A DNA stretch of 64,000 nt. Origin: Bdellovibrionota bacterium. Its GTDB lineage: Bacteria; Bdellovibrionota_C; UBA2361; JAAYZI01. The position numbers were made by a program, and so were the translations under genes. The stretch is from contig JBMNIF010000002.1 in assembly GCA_050950765.1 (NCBI GenBank), positions 448,001 to 512,000 on the forward strand. The letters run 5' to 3'. Under the pieces are notes generated by a model. It was not told the origin of the DNA. It worked only from the letters and a program-made list of their open reading frames with translations, and made no database searches. Each line of letters opens with the position of its first letter. Within the stretch, counting starts at the first letter, position 1. This document shows, piece after piece, positions 37,662 through 47,627 of the stretch.

Positions 37662-40004
37662 TCACGCCTTCGCACCATTCGACAGATCTGCCACAACGCA
37701 ACTTTTTTCAGCACCACCCATCTTTCGCATAATCATTAAAACGCCAAGAAAAGCACCACAAATCACCGCAATCCAGACAAGAGATGATACAGGGTGACGA
37801 GTAATGGTAGCTGTCTGATAAAAGAGAACAGCAGCCATATACGCCAAGCCCGTTGTCCAAAGACCGCTAAAGATGGTCCACTTCAAATTAGTTTCTCGAT
37901 ATACAGCAGCGATGGCGGCTACACACGGAAAGTACAACAGAATAAAGAGAAGGTATGCGAATGCTCCGACCTTGCCATCAAATAAAGTTACCATAGCTCC
38001 AAAGGTACCAAGTGCCACCTCCTGTTCTTCAGCAGCGCTCTCCACTGTACTCACATCTCCAATAGAGATCCCCAACGGATCGAGTAGTGTATCAACTACG
38101 CCCTTTAAGTTTTCCGGTATAGTGGCGAAAGATTCATAGATACTGCCCCAGAAATCGAACTTTTCATCTTCACCATCTCCAGCATCAACTTCACTTGCCG
38201 CAACTTCACTGATCTGGGTGTACATAGCATCCAAAGTCCCCACCACCGCTTCCTTAGCGAAGATACCGGTGAAGATACCAACAGTGGCTGGCCAGTTATC
38301 TTGAGTAAGTCCCATAGGAGCGAATACCGGTGTGATTGAGCGTCCAATAGCACTTAAAACTGATCTATCACTATCCTCATTACCGTAGGAGCCATCGGTT
38401 CCTACGGAATTTAAAAAACTCAACACCATCACTACTGGAACGATGACTTTACCGGCTCGAAATATAAAGGTCTTAAGACGATCCCACGCACGTAAAAGCA
38501 CCCCCTTAACCGTCGGCATATGATAAGGCGGAAGCTCCATAATGAATGGAGTAATCTCCCCTTTGAGCAACGTATTTTTCAACACTAAGCCCGTAAGCAC
38601 TGCAAAACCTATTCCCAACAGGTACAATCCAAAAACTAAATTCTGTCCTCCCGTCGGAAAAAATGCAGCTGCGAACAGAGCATAAACCGGCAAACGCGCG
38701 CCGCAGGACATGAACGGGTTCATCATAATAGTCAAGATACGATCACGTTGATTCTCCAAAGTGCGCGTAGCCATGATCGCTGGAACATTACACCCAAATC
38801 CCACTAACATTGGAACAAAGGCTTTACCGGGCAACCCGATCATCCGCATGAAGCGATCCATCACAAAGGCAGCTCGAGCCATATAACCGGAGTCTTCCAG
38901 AAAACAGAGACACAGAAACATAAAACCGATCGGTGGAATAAAGGTGGCTATGGTCTGAATGCCGCCACCGATACCTCCTGCCACGATCGTCGTAAACCAC
39001 TGAGGAGCTCCCAGTGTAGTTAAGACTTCACCGAATCCGTCTACAAAGATGGTACCACTAAAGATATCGAAGAAATCAATAAACGCACCACCGATATTGA
39101 TCGTCACCATGAACATCAGGTACATAGCTACAAAAAAAATTGGGATCCCCAACACGCGATTAAGAACTACGGTATCGATCTTATCCGACAAGGTCTTCTC
39201 CACACGGTTGCTTTTTTTAACCGCCTCCCAAGTCAAGGAGTTAATCAAAGCGTAACGGCTATCGGCTAGTAAAATATCAACCTCTTCTTCAAGCTCAGCC
39301 TCTATTTTTTTCTTATGCTCATCACACTTTTTCAACGCCTCCTTACTTACTAAGTTAGCGATATGATCATCACCCTCCAACACTTTGACTGCCATATAGT
39401 GTGCACTCACCTTCCTGCATGCAGCCACATCTTTTACTAGAGGAACTAAGTCGTCCAACGCCACCTGTATCTCTTCAGGATATGTAACACGAACCTCTGA
39501 AATAGAGCTTGTCTGTACACAACGATTGATCTCATCTTTAAGATCATTGATACCTTTTTCTTGAGAAGCTATTAAAGGGATCACTGGACACCCTAGACGG
39601 TGGCTAAGTAACGGAATATTGATCTCTATCTGTCGTTCCTTAACCATATCCATCATATTCAACGCCACCACTAGCGGAACCTGCATCTCTAGAAGTTGAA
39701 TAGTCAGATATAAATTGCGCTCAATATTGGATCCATCGATGATATTGACGATCAGATCTGCCTCACCTGAAAGGATATAATCCCTCGCCACCTCTTCATC
39801 CAATGAAGCAGCGGAAAGCGAATAGATGCCTGGTAGATCTACTACTTCAATTTTTTTATCCCCATGAGAATACTCACCTGACTTTCGATCCACTGTCACA
39901 CCGGGCCAATTACCCACACGTTGTTTAGTACCAGTTAAAGCGTTAAAAAGTGTCGTCTTGCCGCAGTTAGGGTTACCAACAACTCCGATCACATAGTCAC
40001 TCAT
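37662..40004 (-). CDS. feoB: Ferrous iron transporter B
   Basis: GNPNCGKT, VGNWPGVTV, DLPG, NMMD, LEDSGYMARAAF and FMSCGARLP. Confidence 0.98.
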   Translation of the reverse strand: MSDYVIGVVGNPNCGKTTLFNALTGTKQRVGNWPGVTVDRKSGEYSHGDKKIEVVDLPGIYSLSAASLDEEVARDYILSGEADLIVNIIDGSNIERNLYLTIQLLEMQVPLVVALNMMDMVKERQIEINIPLLSHRLGCPVIPLIASQEKGINDLKDEINRCVQTSSISEVRVTYPEEIQVALDDLVPLVKDVAACRKVSAHYMAVKVLEGDDHIANLVSKEALKKCDEHKKKIEAELEEEVDILLADSRYALINSLTWEAVKKSNRVEKTLSDKIDTVVLNRVLGIPIFFVAMYLMFMVTINIGGAFIDFFDIFSGTIFVDGFGEVLTTLGAPQWFTTIVAGGIGGGIQTIATFIPPIGFMFLCLCFLEDSGYMARAAFVMDRFMRMIGLPGKAFVPMLVGFGCNVPAIMATRTLENQRDRILTIMMNPFMSCGARLPVYALFAAAFFPTGGQNLVFGLYLLGIGFAVLTGLVLKNTLLKGEITPFIMELPPYHMPTVKGVLLRAWDRLKTFIFRAGKVIVPVVMVLSFLNSVGTDGSYGNEDSDRSVLSAIGRSITPVFAPMGLTQDNWPATVGIFTGIFAKEAVVGTLDAMYTQISEVAASEVDAGDGEDEKFDFWGSIYESFATIPENLKGVVDTLLDPLGISIGDVSTVESAAEEQEVALGTFGAMVTLFDGKVGAFAYLLFILLYFPCVAAIAAVYRETNLKWTIFSGLWTTGLAYMAAVLFYQTATITRHPVSSLVWIAVICGAFLGVLMIMRKMGGAEKSCVVADLSNGAKA

Positions 40005-40243
40005 CTTTTGCCCTCCCTTTCAACCAGTAACGCAGAGGCTTCGTCCATTCTAAGAGAGAGGGCAAAACCACGTACTTTAATCTCAACAGGATCTCCCATA
40101 GGAGCGATCCGTTCCACAGTGAAGGGGGTACCTTTAGTCAACCCCATAGCTAATAATTTTTCTCGATAGGCAGAGCTCCCTTTGACGTAACCGACCACTG
40201 TGCCGGATTCACCAACCGCCATATCATGCAACCTTGCATTCAT
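40001..40243 (-). CDS. feoA: Ferrous iron transport protein A
   Basis: KLLAMGLTKG, APMGDPVEIKVRG and LSLR. Confidence 0.95.
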   Translation of the reverse strand: MNARLHDMAVGESGTVVGYVKGSSAYREKLLAMGLTKGTPFTVERIAPMGDPVEIKVRGFALSLRMDEASALLVEREGKR

Positions 40244-40581
40244 ATATCCTCTCCTTCAATAACAGCTACCTGAATTTTGTGAGCCATACCACCGCCCAGA
40301 TAGAACCGTGCACCTTGATGAGCAAGCAATAATTTATCGTTCATTAAATTTTGTAGAACCTGCACTTCGGCACCAACACGCAAACCCAACCCAGCCAGAC
40401 GTTCATGAAACCCCTTTCCACCGTTAACCGAAACGATCCTGACCCATTCACCCTCTTGCGCTAAACGCAATGAGAAACTCTCTGTATCGTGCGCTTCCTT
40501 CTTCACCATTGCGACCGCTTCATCTCGTCTTTTCTGGCACCGTAATCTGCACTGCCAATCCTTTGAGACACTATTTTCCAC
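40240..40581 (-). CDS. feoA: Second FeoA-family protein (start uncertain)
   Basis: RLAGLGLRVGAEVQVLQN and LGGGMAHKIQV. Confidence 0.88.
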   Translation of the reverse strand: MENSVSKDWQCRLRCQKRRDEAVAMVKKEAHDTESFSLRLAQEGEWVRIVSVNGGKGFHERLAGLGLRVGAEVQVLQNLMNDKLLLAHQGARFYLGGGMAHKIQVAVIEGEDI

Positions 40582-40610
40582 TGCGCCACCGTACTAAATA
40601 ACCACAAATG

Positions 40611-40720
40611 TAAGACTAGTCTTAATAAGATAGATATCTCTAACTTATGAAGCATTGCCTATTTATCTGTCTAATATCTATTTGTCAAGCTTTTTTTAAG
40701 TTATGAATTTTACTAACTTA
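40611..40720. promoter_or_regulatory. feo promoter region with palindromic candidate metal-repressor boxes
   Basis: TAAGACTAGTCTTA (40611-40624); TAAGATAGATATCTCTAACTTA (40626-40647); minus-strand TTGACA at 40683-40688; TAAGTTA-N10-TAACTTA (40697-40720). Confidence 0.6.
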
Positions 40721-40947
40721 TTTCTTTTGTTGTATAAAGGTAGCGCCCCCTGTCTAGTATCACCTTCAGATTGAACTTACCTTTCCTTCTAAGGTTGAAG
40801 GGATCACTCGATACCACACTGAAGAGCGAGGTGTGACACCTCGCAAAAAAATTGATCTCAAATTTACGATCGTTAACCTAAAGAGGTCGTCGCCTCCTGC
40901 CCTAACTCTTAAGTGTACAAAAAACTCCTAACTAAACACCTCTTAAG

Positions 40948-41415
40948 TTAATCTTCTTCAAGTAGGTATTCCTTAAAATGCTTCAACCAGTTCTTCCCGA
41001 CACGAGGAGAGGTTTGTACAAATCCCATAAAAGCACTCAGACGATCTAGAGTGTCTGAACTGAGGGTGTGTTCCATTTTGCAAGCTTCAAGATCTGCGAT
41101 CTCAAATTCAATTCCTAAAATTTCCGTCAGAAACTTCAAAAAAACCCCGTGCCGTCGTCGCACCTCCTTTCCGATATCTTCTCCGTCTTTAGTTAGTTCA
41201 ACATATCCGTATCTTTCATACTTCACCAACCCCCTATCATTCAACGTTTTAAGCATACTAGACACGGTCGGCATCTTGACACCCATACGCTTAGCGACAT
41301 CTTTAACTCGAACAAATTTCTTTTCTTGGTTTAAGTCAAAAATGGCTTCCAGATAATCTTCCATAACGGAAGTTAAAGACTTCTCCGCCATACTACCTTT
41401 CTGTGGAGGTGTCAT
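40948..41415 (-). CDS. DtxR/MntR-family metal-dependent repressor
   Basis: MEDYLEAI, VRVKDVAKRMGVKMPTVSSML, RRH and EACKMEH. Confidence 0.95.
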   Translation of the reverse strand: MTPPQKGSMAEKSLTSVMEDYLEAIFDLNQEKKFVRVKDVAKRMGVKMPTVSSMLKTLNDRGLVKYERYGYVELTKDGEDIGKEVRRRHGVFLKFLTEILGIEFEIADLEACKMEHTLSSDTLDRLSAFMGFVQTSPRVGKNWLKHFKEYLLEED

Positions 41416-41447
41416 AATTCAATCCTTTAAGTTAGTTAATGCAAAAT

Positions 41448-41487
41448 ATATTAGAAATTTCTAATATCAGGAATAATCATCTGTCAA
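41448..41487 (-). promoter_or_regulatory. Repressor promoter with perfect 20-bp palindrome
   Basis: ATATTAGAAATTTCTAATAT at 41448-41467; minus-strand TTGACA at 41482-41487. Confidence 0.65.
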
Positions 41488-41602
41488 GCTTTTTAAGAAA
41501 AGTGAAGCTCTTCAAGATAAAAGCGATCTCAACAATTACAGTGGAAATGAATTGATAATGATGAAAAACAGAATAGAATAAAAGAATATAACGCAAAAAA
41601 AA

Positions 41603-41678
<76 letters not shown>

Positions 41679-41732
41679 AAACCAATTCGGAGATTGTACT
41701 TATTAAAATATAGAGAAGTCAAGAGATTGAAC

Positions 41733-41981
41733 TTTTTTCATCACAAATTTTCAGCATTTTCTAGTTTTCAAGCGCCACTTTTTTCATCACAAATTTTTAG
41801 CAATATTTATTCTTGAAGTGCCACTTTTTCATCACAAATTTTTAGCATTTTCTAGTTTTTAAGCGCCGTTTTTTTCTTCACAAATTTTCAGCAATATTTA
41901 TTCTTAAAGTGCCGCTTTCTTCTTCACAAATTTTCAGCAATATCTATTCTTAAAATGCCGCTTCCTTCACCATAAATTTTT
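41733..41981. repeat. ~46-bp tandem repeat, 5-6 copies, two variants
   Basis: TCACAAATTTT at 41741, 41787, 41832, 41878, 41924. Confidence 0.92.
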
Positions 41982-42005
41982 AAACGCCGATACACCAGAA
42001 AGGGC

Positions 42006-42611
42006 TTATCTTCCAAGCGAAACGCGTCCTGCCAATGCACGAGAAAGGGTCACATCATCCAGATACTCCAACTCTCCCCCTTTAGGCACGCCTTGCGCCG
42101 GACGTGAAACATTAATATTAAAATCCTGCATTAAACGAGCTATATAAAGCGCCGTGGCATCTCCCTCAACAGTAGAAGATGTTGCGATAATCACCTCTTT
42201 TACAACGCCTGCTTCACACCTAGTCATCAACTCTTCTAAACGCATCGAATCAGCACCTTGTCCACGTAAAGGTGCCCACAATCCGTGCAAAACATGATAA
42301 TACCCCTTATATTCACCGGTTCTCTCTACGGAAACCAGATCCACAGGTTTTTCAACAACACACAATAGTGATTCATCCCGTGTCTCATCAGCACAGATAG
42401 GACAAATGTCACTATCAGTTAAAAAAAAGCACCTTTTACACAACTTTATTTCGGAAGCAGCCTTTAATAAAGCTCTAGACATATCTTTTGCTAGATCCTT
42501 TTCATGAACCACAAGGTGATACGCTAAGCGCGTTGCCGACTTCTCTCCGATAGTAGGCAACCTACTTAACTCCGCTATCAACTCCTGCATCTGTTTTGGG
42601 AATATCTGCAT
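42006..42611 (-). CDS. recR: Recombination protein RecR
   Basis: LPTIGEKSATRLA, C4 zinc finger, CVVE and EGDATA. Confidence 0.97.
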   Translation of the reverse strand: MQIFPKQMQELIAELSRLPTIGEKSATRLAYHLVVHEKDLAKDMSRALLKAASEIKLCKRCFFLTDSDICPICADETRDESLLCVVEKPVDLVSVERTGEYKGYYHVLHGLWAPLRGQGADSMRLEELMTRCEAGVVKEVIIATSSTVEGDATALYIARLMQDFNINVSRPAQGVPKGGELEYLDDVTLSRALAGRVSLGR

Positions 42612-42769
42612 AAAAAGCCTTTTTTACACACACCTATCTACACAAAGAAAAACTGTCTAAGCACCTTATGCTGGAATCCTTAGAGGGTGTGTATGCCTTA
42701 ACATAACTTTCAACAACTCTAACTTTGTTTCAACACTAACGCAGAATCAAAAGAAAGATCGGTAAAAAA

Positions 42770-43102
42770 CTACATCAAGCCAGGTATATTAATTCCACCC
42801 GTAACTTTACTAAGCTCGTCCTGCACTGCCTCTTGAACCTTCGTTAAAGCCTCATTAGCAGCAGCTATAATTAAATCTTGCAACATCTCAACATCACTGG
42901 GATCAACTACCTGCTTATCGATAGTTAACTCTGCAATGCGGTTTTCACCATTCACAACAACTTTCACCATGCCACCACCGGAGCTTCCCTCTGCTGTTAA
43001 AAGCTTCGCCTTATCTTGTGCTTTTTGTAGATCTTGCTGCATCTTTTGAGCTTGCTTTAGCATGGCTTGCATATTGCCAGGCACTCCACCGAATTTACCC
43101 AT
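42770..43102 (-). CDS. ybaB: YbaB/EbfC nucleoid-associated protein
   Basis: KQAQKMQ, SGGGMVKV and DVEMLQDLI; dnaX-ybaB-recR synteny. Confidence 0.95.
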   Translation of the reverse strand: MGKFGGVPGNMQAMLKQAQKMQQDLQKAQDKAKLLTAEGSSGGGMVKVVVNGENRIAELTIDKQVVDPSDVEMLQDLIIAAANEALTKVQEAVQDELSKVTGGINIPGLM

Positions 43103-43132
43103 TTAACATCTCCTTAAATATAAAAAATATTA

Positions 43133-44830
43133 TCATTCTTTAACTTTGATCTGCTCTATCTTACTTCCTGGAAACGCTTCCTGCAAAGCTAAAACAGCTG
43201 GATGCTCTTTTAACCCACTACTTCTCCGTTTCATCTTTTCAGAGCTATTTTTTTTTTCAACATCTCGCAAACTTCCTGGTTCAGCCCCCCCTTCAGTAGC
43301 ACCATTTGTTATAACTATCTTCCAATCTCCACACCGTGTATATGTAGTAAGAACTTCCTTTAACTTAGTCAAAGATTCCGACCGTGTTAAATAAGCCACA
43401 CTAAACTCGGGACCTTTTGCAATCAAGGTGCCCACCTTAAACTCAGTCGGAGAAAGTCGTTTCAACTGCTCTGAAAGAAGAGGAGACCTTACACTACCAA
43501 CAAACCCTGCCCATGAAATATCTTCATCTGTAAGAGGATCTTCTGGCGCACAACCTTCAGCCATTAGTTCTGAAGAGGAATCGTCACTTTTTTCTTTTGC
43601 AACAGATCTATCAGGAATTAAAGTTTTTTTTTGAGAGGGAGGAGAAGCTTTTTGTTGCACCGCTACACCTCCTCCCACCTTAGCTGTATTTAAAACAGTA
43701 CGTAAATTTATCAAAAGGTCTTCAAGATCTTTTACATTCTCCCGATTCGCCATCCGAATAACGAGAGCCTCTAAGGCATATTTCGGTTGCAAACTTCTTA
43801 GGGCTCTATCAGCTCCCTCCCGTCCAAGTTGTGCTAAATCTTGAATGTCCTGTTTACTGCAACCTTCAACCTGCTTTAATAGTTCAGCGGCGTTGTCTTT
43901 ACTAATACCGATCCCTTTTAAAGATCTTTCACCACCAAATTTAGCCAGCAAAAGCTCTCTCCAGTGCGTAGCAAACTCTTTTAAAAAGAGCGCTGGATCT
44001 AACCCCGTAGAAAAAGCCTGCTCTACTAAATCGATCGTTGCCGCACAATCATGCTCTAAAATAGCCTTAGAAAGGTTTAGCAAAACATTTTTATCGACGA
44101 CTCCTAGAACCTGTCCTGCCTCTGCAACAGTTACACTCTCTTCACAAAAAGATTGCACCCTGTCAAAAAGTGATTGTGCATCACGCATCGATCCTTCAGC
44201 CAGCCTCGCTATCATCCGAAAAACTTCCGGCTCAACCTTCAGCCCCTCCTTTTCAGCGATGCCGTGCAAGCAATCCTGAATTTCTTCAAATGTCAGAGAT
44301 CTAAAGTCATACCGTTGACACCGTGAAATAACGGTCTGCGGGATCTTTTGCGGTTCGGTAGTAGCTAAAATAAAGATCGTATTCGGTGGCGGCTCCTCAA
44401 GACTTTTTAATAAAGCATTAAAAGCCGAAATACTTAGCATATGTACTTCATCAATGATGTAGATCTTATTAAGAGATCCTAAAGGTGGAAGTGAACGGAA
44501 AGAATCTATCAGATCCCTAACATCATCAACACTGTTATGCGAAGCACCATCAATCTCTCTTACAGCAAGAGAGGTACCGTCAGTGATCTCTTTACAGTTT
44601 GTACAAACTCCACACGGTGTAGGGGTCGGACCCTCTGCACAATTTAATGCCTTTGCAAAGATCCTCGCTATTGAAGTCTTTCCGACACCTCTCGGACCAC
44701 AGAAGAGATAAGCGTGCGCTATCTTCCCACGCTTGATAGCATTGGCTAAGGTGCGCGTAACATGCTCCTGCCCCGAAACACTCTCAAAAGAAGAAGGACG
44801 ATATTTTCTGGCTAAAACCAAATACGACAT
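43133..44830 (-). CDS. dnaX: DNA polymerase III gamma/tau subunit
   Basis: YLVLARKYRP, GPRGVGKT, IIDEVHML, SRCQ and GSMRDA. Confidence 0.98.
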   Translation of the reverse strand: MSYLVLARKYRPSSFESVSGQEHVTRTLANAIKRGKIAHAYLFCGPRGVGKTSIARIFAKALNCAEGPTPTPCGVCTNCKEITDGTSLAVREIDGASHNSVDDVRDLIDSFRSLPPLGSLNKIYIIDEVHMLSISAFNALLKSLEEPPPNTIFILATTEPQKIPQTVISRCQRYDFRSLTFEEIQDCLHGIAEKEGLKVEPEVFRMIARLAEGSMRDAQSLFDRVQSFCEESVTVAEAGQVLGVVDKNVLLNLSKAILEHDCAATIDLVEQAFSTGLDPALFLKEFATHWRELLLAKFGGERSLKGIGISKDNAAELLKQVEGCSKQDIQDLAQLGREGADRALRSLQPKYALEALVIRMANRENVKDLEDLLINLRTVLNTAKVGGGVAVQQKASPPSQKKTLIPDRSVAKEKSDDSSSELMAEGCAPEDPLTDEDISWAGFVGSVRSPLLSEQLKRLSPTEFKVGTLIAKGPEFSVAYLTRSESLTKLKEVLTTYTRCGDWKIVITNGATEGGAEPGSLRDVEKKNSSEKMKRRSSGLKEHPAVLALQEAFPGSKIEQIKVKE

Positions 44831-44883
44831 GACACAAACAAATATGAGGTGTGAAGTAGCAAACAGCTAAAATAAAAAATAGC

Positions 44884-44979
44884 GGCGGTTAAGATCCATA
44901 TCACAGAGAATGATCGCTTACGGCTGCTTCCTTCCGGACCTGACCGATTTCACGGTTCCCTCGCACGGATCATACCGCC
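44884..44979 (-). ncRNA. ffs: Signal recognition particle 4.5S RNA
   Basis: TCAGGTCCGGAAGGAAGCAGC helix-8 motif; GGCGGT/ACCGCC closing stem; upstream of dnaX. Confidence 0.93.
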
Positions 44980-45048
44980 AATTAAATACTATAAAAAATC
45001 CAACAAAAAAGCACTACCCTACAAAATAAACGTTATTTATCAATAAGA

Positions 45049-45201
45049 TCTACTTTTGAGAGAGTAAGTTCCTTATAATTTTTTAGTGGTATTTAACTTT
45101 AGAGAGGAAAAAACTATTGCTGAAGAGAAACTCTACCTTTGAGACAGCGCATCCCTTATAATTTTTTAGTGGCATTTAACTTTAGAGAGGAAAAAACTAT
45201 T
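45049..45201. repeat. Two-copy 83-bp repeat including the neighbouring stop codon
   Basis: CCTTATAATTTTTTAGTGGYATTTAACTTTAGAGAGGAAAAAACTATT at 45071 and 45154. Confidence 0.92.
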
Positions 45202-46153
45202 TTGTCTTAATTAAGCGATCTATTAAAGCGATATCATCATTAACGCGTTTAGCGATCTGTCTTAAATCAACACGCAAAGCTTTTAGAGCTGGCAAGCTCT
45301 TCTCATGCTTAATTCCATACTTTATACTTTCAAGAGTTTTATTATTAGCAGAACGTAAGGAGCTTAATTTAAACTTCACACTCTTCGCTTTAGTTTGATA
45401 CTGACGATATTTAGTATTTCTACGACTGATACTTCTTTGCAACCTATTATATTCTGCCTGCAACTCGCTGCGTAGATTCGTAAAGGCATCAGGCTTAGGC
45501 GGTGCATAACGTGCTTTCGGTTGCGAAGCTACTTGTGAAACAGCTGGTGGTGCTTTTACCGTACGACTCTGCACAGCAGTAGTGGCATTAGCAAGATTAC
45601 TCTTATACCTTTGTATCTCCTTATCCGCAGCTTCGACTTCAGCTCTAAGCTTTAGGATCTCCCCCTTCTCTTCAACGCAGAGGTTGTGAGGTGTCGATTG
45701 AGCACTTCTCAGTTCTGCCGCCTCATTTTGTAACGTGAATATCCTCTGCTCTGCTTCTTGTAACTTTCTCTCAAGCTCTATCGAACGATCGGGTGGACAA
45801 GTGGGGGCTTTTACCTCCTCAACTTTAACACCTTCAACCTGCACCCCTTCTGCGACAACACTATCAACCAGAATATCCTTTTCAACTAAAGCACCATCTT
45901 TTTTTTCTACATCGGCACCTTGTGAACGACGCCCGCCCCTCCTTTCAAGTTCACTTTCCAGATCTTGAATTTGCCGACTTAAATCTTCCACACTAAGCTC
46001 TAATTCAGCAATATAATCAATTATCCTAACACCTTGCGCATCAGTTCTGTAAGCTCTACCATCCGGTAAGCGTCCCCGTAACGGCTCATCTTCAGCCATA
46101 ACAGCCGTAGTACTACAAAGAAGGAGAAGGAGAGTTCGGAAAAGGCACTTCAT
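45197..46153 (-). CDS. Exported coiled-coil hypothetical protein
   Basis: Signal peptide, heptad-rich sequence, AGGAG SD. Confidence 0.75.
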   Translation of the reverse strand: MKCLFRTLLLLLCSTTAVMAEDEPLRGRLPDGRAYRTDAQGVRIIDYIAELELSVEDLSRQIQDLESELERRGGRRSQGADVEKKDGALVEKDILVDSVVAEGVQVEGVKVEEVKAPTCPPDRSIELERKLQEAEQRIFTLQNEAAELRSAQSTPHNLCVEEKGEILKLRAEVEAADKEIQRYKSNLANATTAVQSRTVKAPPAVSQVASQPKARYAPPKPDAFTNLRSELQAEYNRLQRSISRRNTKYRQYQTKAKSVKFKLSSLRSANNKTLESIKYGIKHEKSLPALKALRVDLRQIAKRVNDDIALIDRLIKTK

Positions 46154-46351
46154 AAAAATAACTCCTAATAATTACAAGATGTTACAAACCAAAAAGAGAA
46201 CCTTTAGCAGTACTAAAAATAAAAACAGTTTTTTTAAAGAATATTATATAAAAGCAGTGCGCCGCAATAGTTTTTAGGCGCATCGTAAAAGATAGCGCTA
46301 ACATCCAAAGAGGATAATACCCGTTTTTTAAAATATCAACGACATAAAAAC

Positions 46352-47332
46352 ATGGCTGACGAACAAAAACTACGCAATCAAGTTATCTCGCACCGCATGC
46401 TAAACTACCTAAACGGAGCCTTTCAAGGGCAGTTTGCCTTTTACAACATCCTTGCGCAACTAAAGAGCACACACTTTTCGCTCACTACCATCTCTACAAT
46501 AAAAGAAAAGATAACTCGCACTAACGAATTGATAGACAAGTTGTGGGATGGCGAAGTTCTTTTTCTTGAAGAGCGCGCCAGAGATCAGAGTAAAGAAACG
46601 GAAGAAGTTCGAGATATGCTTAAAGAGTTAGTGACTGAAACTCTTAATCTCGCTTACACCACACAACAGATCTTACAAAATCGGGAATATTACAAAGATC
46701 CGGAACAGGTTAAGATCTTAGCGGCTGCATACGGACGGAGCTGCTACTCAAAAGATAATTATATCAGAGGATTTATTAAGTTTGCACAGATCTTCAGCGA
46801 CCGTGATATGGAAGAAGCGTGGCAAAACGACCTGCAACAGGCTCAAGCTGATGTAAAATATGCTAATGAGTTCATTATGGCTCTTAAAAAAGACGAAGAG
46901 AAAGATATCTCGTTTTTTATGCATCTACACTATACAGCGCGCCTTCTACCAGGTGTTTATTCTGCACAGGTGCACGATATATACCAACTCCTATGCGCCG
47001 GTTTCGGAGACTTCAGTTACGAAGCTGCTAAGATAGAGCCGAATGAAGCAAGGCTCTGGGAAAGAATTGATGTTCCAGCTATCGAAGCAGGCTACTGGCG
47101 CGCTTACGGATTTTCACCTGAAAACAGTGTAGTGTGGAAAAAGGAAGGCTTCCTCAATCCGTTACACGCTTGCGAATGGGCAACTATCGGACTAGATCCC
47201 AAAACCTCATCAGATTGGCTTAAATGCAGATTTTCTCCACTGGAAGCTTTAAACTGGTTAGCAGCAAATTATTCTCCAGAGGAAGCTTTGGAATCTATAA
47301 AAAAAGGGGTTTTATCTCCTATTGAAAAATAA
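46352..47332 (+). CDS. Hypothetical protein with C-terminal 13-aa Trp repeats
   Basis: 326-aa ORF; W-x3-G-F-x-P-x-E-A-like periodicity. Confidence 0.75.
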   Translation: MADEQKLRNQVISHRMLNYLNGAFQGQFAFYNILAQLKSTHFSLTTISTIKEKITRTNELIDKLWDGEVLFLEERARDQSKETEEVRDMLKELVTETLNLAYTTQQILQNREYYKDPEQVKILAAAYGRSCYSKDNYIRGFIKFAQIFSDRDMEEAWQNDLQQAQADVKYANEFIMALKKDEEKDISFFMHLHYTARLLPGVYSAQVHDIYQLLCAGFGDFSYEAAKIEPNEARLWERIDVPAIEAGYWRAYGFSPENSVVWKKEGFLNPLHACEWATIGLDPKTSSDWLKCRFSPLEALNWLAANYSPEEALESIKKGVLSPIEK

Positions 47333-47627
47333 AGGAGCTTTTTACCTTAAAATCAAAGTGTCCTTTTCCCCACATAAATAAGCTCCTTTTACCCCTCCAT
47401 AACAAATAGCCTCCTAGTTGCACATAAAAACCCCAACTTTATAAAGAAGTTGAGTCCTTTTTGCGAAACTATCTATCTAATCTGTACTAAGTGCTATTTT
47501 GACAATAACAGCACTTTAATTATTGAAGATAGGGTGTGACGTACAAATCCACTTAAAAAATGCTTAGCCGTTAATTTTGATGTTTATATTACGGAGAGCA
47601 GAAAAACGTTATTGAGGAATAACAAAG

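Noticed and set aside
40740..40900. Riboswitch or ncRNA between the repressor and feoA
   Set aside because: One perfect palindrome (GCGAGGTGT-G-ACACCTCGC) but no recognisable aptamer and no correctly placed U-tract.
42690..42725. dif site for the tyrosine recombinase
   Set aside because: Only a TTAACATAA half-match with no XerC arm at the 6-bp spacing.
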